From contig JAFUAA010000049.1 of the NCBI GenBank assembly GCA_017460915.1, forward strand, positions 18,547-82,546: a stretch of DNA of 64,000 nt. Reading direction: 5' to 3'. Position numbers and translations under genes: made by a program. The stretch is from Bacteroidales bacterium. Its GTDB lineage: Bacteria > Bacteroidota > Bacteroidia > Bacteroidales > F082. This document shows positions 24,735 to 32,854 of the stretch, in pieces (position 1 is the first letter of the stretch; each line of letters starts with the position of its first letter). The notes beneath the pieces are model-generated. The model searched no databases. It was not told the origin of the DNA and was given only the letters and a program-made list of their open reading frames with translations.

Positions 24735-27700
24735 CTATTGCAGTCTCCATCGAACTTGAGCAGAACCGCAAGAGTAGCTGAACGTATTGCCAGCGGAGGT
24801 GTACGCATTCAGATACCGCGCCGACAGATTGCTGTTGTACGCGTAGGTGCCTGAACGGACACCGACTCGCGTCTTCTTGCCTGCCGCGCCCCAGTTGTTT
24901 TGCACGTAGCAGTAGCCGCAATCGCCTTTCTGGTAGGATGCACCCAAGGCTGCCGGCAACGGCGTGTGGGGCAGTCGGCGACGGGCATAGCCGTTGGCCA
25001 CCGTGACAATGCTGCCCGCCAGCGCGTATTTGTCCTCGAAGGCATACTTCTCACCGATGTTGATGGCGTATCTGCTTTCATTCACCCATTGTTCCTGTTC
25101 GGGTTCCACGTACACCTTCAGCTCGTGTCCGAAGCTGCCCGATGCAGGCGAGGTCTCGCATTGGCCCACAATCTCGCAGCCACCGCCCCAATAGGGGCCG
25201 CCGTCGCCGCTCATGTCGCAGCCAAGCATCAGGCCCGTGCGGACGCAAACCTCTATCTCGTAGTCGGTCGTCTCCGTCGCGCTTGCACTGGCATAGCCCG
25301 TGAACGTGCCTGTCACAATCTTGTACACACGGCAATTCATCTCGCCATCGGCCACGGTCTTCGGCGCAAACGTGCCCGCTTGGGTCGGGTTCTCGTAACG
25401 CCATTCGTGGCCGTTGAAAAGGAAACGCTCGCCTGCCGCGATGCCGAACTCCACAGCGAACGACACCGCAATCTGGGCCTCGAGGGTCTTGCTCAGAGGG
25501 CCGTAGCTGCTCAGCCAGTTGCTCGCGTTGGTCGTGCTCTTTGTTTCGCCCGTGCCATAGTAGATGCCAGTGCTGGCCGAGAATGCACGATAGGCCCAAA
25601 CGTCCGAGCCAACGGCTTTGTAACGCATACCGCCGTTGGCTTCCCATGTGGCCTCGCTGTTGCAGGCATCGACGCTCGACACGCCGCTGCCGAATCTCGA
25701 TGCAATGCACAGGTTCTTCGTCCCAAAGGCCGTCTCCACGCAGCGAAGGAAGGTGTTCCTGGCGTGGTAGCCGCCTTCGGACACGGGCAACGGCGAAGTG
25801 GTGTCATGGTTGTTGTTGCGTGCCCTGGTCATCGTACCAATCTGGCTGATGTTGTTGGTGCGGTAGTGGCCGTTCTCGCGGAACATCCTGCATCCCGAGG
25901 CTCCGGCGTTGCCTTTGGAGTAGGTGTCGGCAGCGGGGTAGTTGAAGAAGAACGGGCGCAGTTTGTTCAAACCGTCCTCGGCGATGCTCGTCGGGGGTGA
26001 TGGGCAGATGCCCGTGGGCTTCAGCGCAAAGGTCTTCACGTCCACCCCGTCCCAAACGTTGGCGTTTGCGCCCAGAATGCCGTTCCATTCCTTGCCGCTG
26101 GAGCCAACGACGTTGTCGAGCAGGTACACTTCATCCTTGCGGCCCACGAAGACACCGTATTTAGTCTCGGTGGTCTCCCATGGCTTCAGGTAGTGGCCCA
26201 CCTCGGTGTCCACGGCCTTGTAGAGCGTCGGATGCGTCATCCGTTTCACGCTGTCCACAGTCTCGATCGAGCACAGTTTCAGGAACGCCACGGGGTCGAA
26301 AGCTCCGGCGGCGCAGTATTGCTCGGTGCAGGCCGCGTCGGTGTAGAGCGCGTTGGCCATGCACTCGTCGCGCATCGCCTCGGTGATGCCCACCACAGGC
26401 GCGAAATTGCCGTGAATGTCACGCAGCCAGTTGTTTTTCCGCAGTTCCTTGCCGGTCTTGACGGTTTCGCCATCCACGGCGGTCATGTCGACCAGCCCGG
26501 GCCGCCAATCCTCAGCCCAGTCGCGGTTGCCTATGACGGCCATTGCGTCGGGGTTGTCTTGGTCGGCGGGGCTGGCGGTGTGGGCGTTGTCGAGCCATGC
26601 GCCCACGCAGTATAGCGGCTTGGCGTACTCGCTCTCCTCAAACTGCTCCTTCAGGTCCTTGAAGGCGTTGGCCAAGGCCCTCATCGTGTCCTTGAAGCCG
26701 CGCATGTAGCTGATCACGATGGTGCCCGTGGCCTCGTTGCCTCCCACCACCTCTTCAGTGCCCATGTCGTCGGCGGGTTTGCCCGTCGGGTCGATGTTGT
26801 GTGTGCCGGTGATTGGCGTTGCCATCTGGTAGTCGACGTATTTACCTGCGAAGGCGATGGAAGGGGTGATTTGCTCCGCACTGTCGTAGACGAGCGTCAG
26901 CCCGTCGAGGGTCATGCCTTCCACGTCCGGGCGGATGAGGCCGTCGCGAAGGGCCGCGTAGGTGCCCGAGGTCGGCAACGAAGCCGTGTAGCGGTAGCCA
27001 TTTGTGGCCTCGCCTTCGCCTTCCACTATCTCGCCCTCGATTTCGGTCTCTGTCCATGTCAGGCCGGTCAGCAGCTGCTGGGCAATGTTGCGCTCGTAGG
27101 TGCCGCCACCCTCGGCATAGATGACGATGCGGTCGAAGATGCCGCCGTTGCCATGCTCAATGCCACGGAGAACGAGACAGGTCTTACCGTTGATGGTCTC
27201 CGTGTCGAACTTGCTCGTAAGGGCCGACACAGCCAAGACAAGCTCCACCGGGGCCACATATTCCTTGAACACATCGTACTCCTTGCTCCATGCCAGGTGT
27301 GCCGAAATGTCAGCCAAGGTTGCAGAGGCCGCAACCTCCACAATCATATAGCCCTCGTCGGGCAGGTAGAAGCGTTCCGTATGGCCCGCGAAGGTGTGCT
27401 CCGTCACGACGGCCACTTCACTGCCTGAAGCGGGGAGCGTGGCACAATACCACACGCCCACGATGGTACCGTCGCCCGCCTTCAGGTTGTTCCCGTTGCG
27501 GTCGGTCAGCAGGTAGCCGTTGTTCTTTTCAGCCGTGCCCCAGGCACCAGCCTCGCATTTCGGGCAGCGGATGATGCACAGCTTGTTCGTGCCGCTGCCG
27601 ATGGTGCCGTTAGCCACGGCCCCGGTCAGGTAGCCGCTCGTCTTACCGGCTGCCCATGCCTCCGGGTCGAGTTGGTTCGCACCGTTCCAACGCAGCGCGT

Positions 27701-27938
27701 TGATTTTGAAAGCTTGGCTTTCGAGGCTGCCGCTGCCGCCAATGACTTCAAGCAGCAGGGCATCCTTGCCGCTCTCGATGCTCTCGTCACCGGCTGCCGT
27801 GCGGATGACAAACTTACCGGCCACGGTCACGCGGTCGTTCAGCGAAACGAGGTCGCCCGCAATGAGATCCTCGTAGGTTCCTTTCGGATTGAAGCTGCCG
27901 CCCGATTTTCTCCCTCCTAAGTTGATCGCCTTATCCAT
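24735..27938 (-). CDS. DGR target protein (1067 aa), probable receptor-binding / fibre-like protein with variable C-terminus
   Basis: Uninterrupted ORF. VR occupies codons for ..RVGVRSGTYAYNSNLSARYLNAYTSAGNTFSYSCGSAQV just before the stop. Confidence 0.85.
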   Translation of the reverse strand: MDKAINLGGRKSGGSFNPKGTYEDLIAGDLVSLNDRVTVAGKFVIRTAAGDESIESGKDALLLEVIGGSGSLESQAFKINALRWNGANQLDPEAWAAGKTSGYLTGAVANGTIGSGTNKLCIIRCPKCEAGAWGTAEKNNGYLLTDRNGNNLKAGDGTIVGVWYCATLPASGSEVAVVTEHTFAGHTERFYLPDEGYMIVEVAASATLADISAHLAWSKEYDVFKEYVAPVELVLAVSALTSKFDTETINGKTCLVLRGIEHGNGGIFDRIVIYAEGGGTYERNIAQQLLTGLTWTETEIEGEIVEGEGEATNGYRYTASLPTSGTYAALRDGLIRPDVEGMTLDGLTLVYDSAEQITPSIAFAGKYVDYQMATPITGTHNIDPTGKPADDMGTEEVVGGNEATGTIVISYMRGFKDTMRALANAFKDLKEQFEESEYAKPLYCVGAWLDNAHTASPADQDNPDAMAVIGNRDWAEDWRPGLVDMTAVDGETVKTGKELRKNNWLRDIHGNFAPVVGITEAMRDECMANALYTDAACTEQYCAAGAFDPVAFLKLCSIETVDSVKRMTHPTLYKAVDTEVGHYLKPWETTETKYGVFVGRKDEVYLLDNVVGSSGKEWNGILGANANVWDGVDVKTFALKPTGICPSPPTSIAEDGLNKLRPFFFNYPAADTYSKGNAGASGCRMFRENGHYRTNNISQIGTMTRARNNNHDTTSPLPVSEGGYHARNTFLRCVETAFGTKNLCIASRFGSGVSSVDACNSEATWEANGGMRYKAVGSDVWAYRAFSASTGIYYGTGETKSTTNASNWLSSYGPLSKTLEAQIAVSFAVEFGIAAGERFLFNGHEWRYENPTQAGTFAPKTVADGEMNCRVYKIVTGTFTGYASASATETTDYEIEVCVRTGLMLGCDMSGDGGPYWGGGCEIVGQCETSPASGSFGHELKVYVEPEQEQWVNESRYAINIGEKYAFEDKYALAGSIVTVANGYARRRLPHTPLPAALGASYQKGDCGYCYVQNNWGAAGKKTRVGVRSGTYAYNSNLSARYLNAYTSAGNTFSYSCGSAQVRWRLQ
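24753..24870 (-). repeat. DGR variable repeat (VR), 118 bp
   Basis: See TR. Eight codons differ (N>T, N>Y x3, N>T, N>F, Y>S, K>Q). Confidence 0.9.
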
Positions 27939-28248
27939 TGCTCAAAAGTTTGATGTTGACAATCGTTCCCTCGCCGCTGCCAACCACGATGCGCAGCATC
28001 GTCCCTCTCGGCAGCATGTCGTCGTTCCAGTTCTGGACGGTCTGTCCCGCCTCAAGCGTAGTGGCCGAGTCGGGAATCTCCTGATAGGGAGTCTCACCGT
28101 CAACCGACTGCTCAAGGTGCGCCGGTGTGTTGGCCGTCAGGCCGTCGAACTCGGCAACGAAGGTGCAGTTCTTTCCGTCCTTCTCCAAGCCTTCCGAGGT
28201 ATAGCCCTCGGCCAGGCTCGCGTTCAGTTCTCTTGTTTTCTTGCTCAT
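27931..28248 (-). CDS. Hypothetical acidic 105-aa protein, overlaps the DGR target start by 8 nt
   Basis: ORF track; translational coupling to 24735..27938. Confidence 0.5.
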   Translation of the reverse strand: MSKKTRELNASLAEGYTSEGLEKDGKNCTFVAEFDGLTANTPAHLEQSVDGETPYQEIPDSATTLEAGQTVQNWNDDMLPRGTMLRIVVGSGEGTIVNIKLLSNG

Positions 28249-28292
28249 AGTCTAAGCTCCTTTTTGTTGTTTGATGGTTGTTTAGGTTGTGT

Positions 28293-28553
28293 TTAATGGT
28301 CGTTTATACATTGGTCGAACAGGCTCAGCTGGTTGGGGTCGGCCTTTTCCGGCTCCTCCTCCAGCTCCGAAGGGGGAACGCCAAGGTAAGAGAGGAAGGT
28401 CTTGTAGCAGATGCCGAACTCCGGCAATATACGCCGCCTCCAGATGGCCGCGTAGCACCGGCTCTGGTCGCCAGGCTGCCATTCCGCCTCCACGATTTCC
28501 CGGATGGCCTTCATCCGTTTCTTGGTGCTACGGTAACGCTTCTTCCTGCCCAT
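28293..28553 (-). CDS. Small basic protein, possible DNA-binding / late-activator-position protein
   Basis: Basic N-terminus (MGRKKRYRSTKKRMK). It is the last small gene before the 105-aa/target pair, a position comparable to Mu C/Mor (inference only). Confidence 0.35.
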   Translation of the reverse strand: MGRKKRYRSTKKRMKAIREIVEAEWQPGDQSRCYAAIWRRRILPEFGICYKTFLSYLGVPPSELEEEPEKADPNQLSLFDQCINDH

Positions 28554-28556
28554 GGT

Positions 28557-28739
28557 CTATCCCTCCCTGTGCGGTTCCACCGTGATGGTGATTTCGGTTG
28601 TCTTGTCCACGCGCCCGCTGCCTTCGCAAACCGGGCATTGCTTCGTTGTGAACGGCAAAAGGGAGTCCACCACACCCATCCCAAGACAGTTGCGGCAAAT
28701 CTCTATCTTGTCGAACTTGTAGTTTCTCGTTTTGCTCAT
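28557..28739 (-). CDS. DnaJ-type zinc-finger mini-protein (60 aa)
   Basis: Two CxxCxGxG motifs (CRNCLGMG, CPVCEGSG). Confidence 0.5.
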   Translation of the reverse strand: MSKTRNYKFDKIEICRNCLGMGVVDSLLPFTTKQCPVCEGSGRVDKTTEITITVEPHREG

Positions 28740-29431
28740 TGCTCTTTAGTTTTGGTGTCCTTTTTGAAATTTCCTTCGTTGTATGCCGCAAGTGCGGCAA
28801 GGTTCTTCATCCTTTCCTTCAGCCGCGACGTGCCGCCCCGCTCGGCCCCGAAGCTGCCGAAGTCGTGTTCCCTGGCCTGTTCCTCACGAAGTGCGACGAA
28901 GGCATCGCATTTCTCACGCATGTAGCCGGTGAAAGCCTTCATCACCATTGCCTTGTTCAGCCCGCCATAAACCTGCCCGACCTCGCCGTTGGCCAGTCGG
29001 TCGGCCACGATTTGGATGTCGGCCAGGTTCCAGTCCATGTCGTCCTCCACCAGCATTTGTGTCACCTCCTTCGAGAGCATGGCCATCGCTTCCGGCTTCA
29101 GCGGTCGGGCCACGTTCATCATGTCCTCCACGATGCTCAGGTGGGTCAGCACTAAGGCGGCAAGCGTCCGCTCCTCGAAGTCCTTGGCAAACCGTTTCAC
29201 GCTCACCTGCCCCGTGCTCCTCACCGATTCTGTGGCCGTGGTGATTGAGCGGTCGGCTGCGGCCACCACGGCGACAGCCTCCAGCGGAAGGCCGTCGCCA
29301 GTCCTGTCGTAGAGCCGCTGAGCCACAGGGCATTTCTGTAGCCGTTCCCTTGTCGGAACCGCCACGTCGTTTCCCCCTTTTAAGGGGGCAGGGGGATTAG
29401 AGATAGTCGAAAGCTGCTTTCCGTCTTGCAT
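28736..29431 (-). CDS. Hypothetical phage protein (~231 aa)
   Basis: Start moved to the internal ATG MQDGKQL.. to limit overlap with the upstream gene. Confidence 0.4.
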   Translation of the reverse strand: MQDGKQLSTISNPPAPLKGGNDVAVPTRERLQKCPVAQRLYDRTGDGLPLEAVAVVAAADRSITTATESVRSTGQVSVKRFAKDFEERTLAALVLTHLSIVEDMMNVARPLKPEAMAMLSKEVTQMLVEDDMDWNLADIQIVADRLANGEVGQVYGGLNKAMVMKAFTGYMREKCDAFVALREEQAREHDFGSFGAERGGTSRLKERMKNLAALAAYNEGNFKKDTKTKEQ

Positions 29432-29873
29432 GGTCGCTGTTGTTTTTGAGGTTGGAATAGATGCTCTCGAAGTCATGGTTCAGCCCGTAGGGGTTGAAGC
29501 GGTTCTCGAAGTACCACTGGTTCTTCATCGTGCACACCGCCTGAAGGAACATCTTCAGGCTGCCGATGCGCAGCGCATCCGTCACCAATTCAGTGCCGCC
29601 TTCCGAAAGCCGGTCGCTTATCTTCAGCAGCAGCTCCTTCATGTTCTTGAAGTCGGCTGCCGAGAACTTGCCGTTAGGGGCATAGCTCACACCCTTCCTC
29701 TGCCGGTAGGTTTCCTCAAACACCGTCAGGGCCTCAAACACTGGCATGGCAGGGCCTGAAGGCGGCTCGCTCGCATTGTCCTTTATGCTTGCCAATATGA
29801 GGTTCACCAGCTTGATCTTGTCGGTCTTCCGCATCCGGCTCACCGTGTCCATTATGCCTTCCATGTCGTTCAT
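29397..29873 (-). CDS. Hypothetical phage protein (158 aa)
   Basis: Start set at MNDMEGIMDT.., adjacent to the stop of the upstream zinc-ribbon ORF. Confidence 0.45.
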   Translation of the reverse strand: MNDMEGIMDTVSRMRKTDKIKLVNLILASIKDNASEPPSGPAMPVFEALTVFEETYRQRKGVSYAPNGKFSAADFKNMKELLLKISDRLSEGGTELVTDALRIGSLKMFLQAVCTMKNQWYFENRFNPYGLNHDFESIYSNLKNNSDHARRKAAFDYL

Positions 29874-30061
29874 TGTCTTCGGTTTTGTTGGCATTGGTCG
29901 ATGACTCGCACTCTCGTCGTCGCGTGTCTCGCGTCTTTTATCTCGTCCATCGTGCGCCGTGCGCATTTGGGGCAGGTGTCGCCCCAAACGCGCCGGTCGT
30001 ACTCGCAGCCACACTTCGGGCACACGGCCCAAATCTCGTGGTTTTGTTTTACGATAGCCAT
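29870..30061 (-). CDS. Zinc-ribbon protein (63 aa)
   Basis: CPKCGC ... CPKC; its start shares a base with the Gam stop. Confidence 0.45.
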   Translation of the reverse strand: MAIVKQNHEIWAVCPKCGCEYDRRVWGDTCPKCARRTMDEIKDARHATTRVRVIDQCQQNRRQ

Positions 30062-30612
30062 CACGCGGCCTCCTCCTTCTTGGGTTCCACAAAGAAGGTC
30101 TCGTCCTGGTCTACCTTGATGCCGCATTCAGCCATCGCTTCGGTCATGGTGATGGGCTTCTCGTGGTTCGTTGCCGTCACTTCCTTCAGTTCGCGGTCGG
30201 CAAGCAGCTTGTCTTTTGCAATCTCATCCGTCGTGCGCACATAGCCGGGAAGGAACTGTTTCACCAGTTGCAGTGCGCTCGCCCAGGTGAATCCCTTAAG
30301 GGTCTTCAGCTTCGGGGTGCCGGTGCGGAACCCGATGGTGCCGTGCGTCATTTCGAGGCTCTTTTTCTTGGTGAAGAGTTCTGCCTGGTTCTCCACCGCG
30401 TAAGCTTGCAGCGTGTCGAAGGCTTTCTCCCTCTCATCGCTGAGGCGCGTCAGTTCGTCGGCGCGTTTCTCGCGGATCTTGGCGCATTGCAGCTCGATGT
30501 CCGCGTTGATTTTGTTGATTTGTGCGTCGGCCTTCGCGTAGCTGGCGAAAGCGTCGTTGGCCTGTTCAGCCGTGATGCCCTGAATGAGGGTCTTTTTCTG
30601 TCTTGTTGCCAT
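30061..30612 (-). CDS. Host-nuclease inhibitor Gam (Mu Gam family)
   Basis: N-terminal coiled-coil (INKINADIELQCAKIREKRADEL) and KSLEMTHGTIGFRTGTPKL core typical of Mu-type Gam. Confidence 0.7.
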   Translation of the reverse strand: MATRQKKTLIQGITAEQANDAFASYAKADAQINKINADIELQCAKIREKRADELTRLSDEREKAFDTLQAYAVENQAELFTKKKSLEMTHGTIGFRTGTPKLKTLKGFTWASALQLVKQFLPGYVRTTDEIAKDKLLADRELKEVTATNHEKPITMTEAMAECGIKVDQDETFFVEPKKEEAA

Positions 30613-30632
30613 TTTGAATGATTTTTAGGTGA

Positions 30633-30860
30633 TTATTGTTGGTTGTCTTTATTGGTGTATCGTATGCAAGCCGGTTGGTTGGCTTTTACCTTCAGGAGGC
30701 CATTGGCGGTGCGTCCGCTTTCATGCGCTTTGCAGTAGTAGGTGCTTTTGCTGTAGTCGTGCCGCACACGGTTGTCGCATGTTCTGCACGTTTTGCCCTG
30801 CATGATACGGCGCACACGCTCGTCGGTATAGTCTTCTATGTTGAACAATGTGCCGTCCAT
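30633..30860 (-). CDS. Small Cys-rich protein (75 aa)
   Basis: CRTC ... CKAH ... C pattern. Confidence 0.4.
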   Translation of the reverse strand: MDGTLFNIEDYTDERVRRIMQGKTCRTCDNRVRHDYSKSTYYCKAHESGRTANGLLKVKANQPACIRYTNKDNQQ

Positions 30861-31028
30861 TTATCCGAAGATTTCTGCATTGAATACCGCGTCGAGCCTC
30901 GCCAGTAGAACTTCTCTATTGCATGAGTCGCAGCATAAACCTTTGGCCACAGGCATTGCATTGTTGCCAAATTCTTCCTTCGTTTTGCCGCATATCACGC
31001 ACTTGATGAAATGTCCCGGTGTTTTCAT
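30861..31028 (-). CDS. Small zinc-finger protein (55 aa)
   Basis: Start set at MKTPGHF..; CVIC ... CCDSC. Confidence 0.4.
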   Translation of the reverse strand: MKTPGHFIKCVICGKTKEEFGNNAMPVAKGLCCDSCNREVLLARLDAVFNAEIFG

Positions 31029-31468
31029 TGCTGGCCTCCTTTCAGTAAGTTCACAAGATCTTGAATGCAAAGTGCAATCCCGTCCAACATACCATACATC
31101 AGTTCGGGTTCAATTCTATGGCCTGGAGGAATAATGGCAATCACCTTCTTTCCGGCACCCTTCATCCATCCAGCTTCAAGGTGTGCACTTCTGCCACATG
31201 GCAAGCAAAGGACACAGATGTCGGCGGCTTTCATCGCATCAAAATCCCGGTTGAATCCGCATCGTGCATGGTCGCTCTTCAAAGCTTCCCTATACTCTCT
31301 CATGCTCCATCCTTGCCAGTTCTCGTCAATCCGGCTCCACTGGAAGCCCTCGCCGTCGTTTGGGTGCTTAAAGTCATAGACTTCATAGCCCAGCAATCGC
31401 AGTTCTTTCACAAGCGACTCCTGATGTTCGTTACGCCAGCTGCTGGCAACATATACTTTCTGTTTCAT
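31025..31468 (-). CDS. Nucleoside 2-deoxyribosyltransferase / DNPH1-like fold protein
   Basis: VYVASSW.. N-terminal strand and ..CGRSAHLEAGWMKGAGKKV pattern resembling the NDT/Rcl family. Confidence 0.4.
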   Translation of the reverse strand: MKQKVYVASSWRNEHQESLVKELRLLGYEVYDFKHPNDGEGFQWSRIDENWQGWSMREYREALKSDHARCGFNRDFDAMKAADICVLCLPCGRSAHLEAGWMKGAGKKVIAIIPPGHRIEPELMYGMLDGIALCIQDLVNLLKGGQQ

Positions 31469-31713
31469 TGCTCACCTCCTTCCTTATTCCATTCCAGGAG
31501 CAAATACGGCCCGTCGGAAATCAGTTCCGCAGCGGCCCGTTCCCGTGCAGCCTTTGTGTTGTAGGTGTTCAGTGTTTTCCAAACGAAGTCGTCGCTGTCG
31601 CAGAATCTAATCTGATAGTGAATCCCGTCCTTACACGGGTAGTCGGTCAAGCGGATAAACTTGAATCCGGCTTTCAGCAGTTTCTCTCTGCTCATTTTGT
31701 TGAGATTTGCCAT
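31465..31713 (-). CDS. Hypothetical phage protein (82 aa)
   Basis: ORF track; overlapping start/stop with neighbours. Confidence 0.4.
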   Translation of the reverse strand: MANLNKMSREKLLKAGFKFIRLTDYPCKDGIHYQIRFCDSDDFVWKTLNTYNTKAARERAAAELISDGPYLLLEWNKEGGEQ

Positions 31714-31733
31714 TTTTATTGCTGTTTAAGTGA

Positions 31734-32363
31734 TTATTGAATAGTGTTTATTGGTGTGTGTCCGTATTTCGCCGCGCCTTCAGGCCAAACGGTGTATGGC
31801 TCGCCGCCACCGAAACGGCTCTGGGGATAGGCCCGGTAGCCCTCGACGAAAATCTTCACGAAAGCATCGTATTTCACCGAATCGGCCACGGCTCCTTTGG
31901 GATTGTGGCCGTCGGCGTGGCTTATGAAGATGAAAAGCTTCTGCCGGAATTCGTCGCGCAGCCGCTTGTATTCGTTATAGGTGAGGCCCGTGTATTGCAG
32001 TGAGTCGATGATGACCACCTTGGGCGACCGTTGTTTGCGCAACCGCTCCTTCAGGTCGTCGATGCTTTCGCCGTCGAGCAGCACGAAGTTCCGCTTCACG
32101 TCGGCAAAGCCAACGTCCTCGATGGCGTGTTGCATCGAGAGGCTCAAACCTTCCTCAAGGCTGTCGTAGGCCACTCGCACGTGCTTGGCCAACGCCTTGG
32201 CCAGCTGCAAGGCGAAACGCGTCTTACCGTTTGCCGACCCTCCCCACACGATCCAACTGCCGGTGAGTTCCACTTCGCCAAGGGCCAAGTCAAGGCCGCC
32301 GTCGAGCAGGTAGGTCTTCGTCTTGTAGTTCCGAATGTCGGTTATGGTAAGGGCGCGTTTCAT
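31734..32363 (-). CDS. RecA-superfamily P-loop ATPase (KaiC/DnaB-C-like)
   Basis: Walker A GGSANGKT, Walker B VVIIDSLQY. Confidence 0.5.
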   Translation of the reverse strand: MKRALTITDIRNYKTKTYLLDGGLDLALGEVELTGSWIVWGGSANGKTRFALQLAKALAKHVRVAYDSLEEGLSLSMQHAIEDVGFADVKRNFVLLDGESIDDLKERLRKQRSPKVVIIDSLQYTGLTYNEYKRLRDEFRQKLFIFISHADGHNPKGAVADSVKYDAFVKIFVEGYRAYPQSRFGGGEPYTVWPEGAAKYGHTPINTIQ

Positions 32364-32854
32364 CAGTTCAAGGAAAAGTTGTGTTTAAGTATGGGTAAAT
32401 CTGTCCTTGCCCTTGCAGCCGTCTGCTTGCGGCAGAATTCATTGTAAATGCGGGTCAGCTCGCCTTCAGTTATCTCGTTGAAGCTGTCACGCCCGGCAGC
32501 GCGTGTGGCGATGCTCTTGGCGTAGTCAACCGTGTATTTCACTCCGCACAGCTCGCCGTAGGCACAAATGGCCTTGATGACTCCCTTGCGCTTTTTGTCC
32601 ATGCGGTTCTGCTTGCTTTGTGGTGTGGGTTTCTCCTGTGGCTTGTGGGTATACTGCTCCAGCCTGCGGATGAGGTTCATGCACTCGATGAAGGTCAACT
32701 CGCTGGTGTGGGTGGTGCGCCCGTTGGTCTCGTCGCTCACCAGGTCGGCCACGCTGTCCTTCAGGCCGAGTTCGTTCAGGAGCCAATACAGCCTGCGGTT
32801 CTGGTTGAGGGTGCGCTTGTCGTCGGCCTGCAGTTTCGTCGGTGTGGTTCTCAT
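32363..32854 (-). CDS. GemA / Mu gp16-like regulatory protein (DUF1018-like)
   Basis: Position immediately after the MuB-like gene and a two-lobed helical sequence; weak by-eye similarity. Confidence 0.4.
   Translation of the reverse strand: MRTTPTKLQADDKRTLNQNRRLYWLLNELGLKDSVADLVSDETNGRTTHTSELTFIECMNLIRRLEQYTHKPQEKPTPQSKQNRMDKKRKGVIKAICAYGELCGVKYTVDYAKSIATRAAGRDSFNEITEGELTRIYNEFCRKQTAARARTDLPILKHNFSLN

Noticed and set aside
24557-24808. 83-aa - strand ORF in the VR-TR interval considered as a DGR accessory gene
   Set aside because: It starts inside VR in an alternative frame and runs through the hairpin and the terminator T-run, so it is most likely non-coding.
27931-28248. 105-aa ORF next to the DGR target considered as Avd
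   Set aside because: It is acidic, lies upstream of the target rather than between VR and TR, and has a Gly/Thr/beta-rich sequence rather than a basic four-helix bundle.
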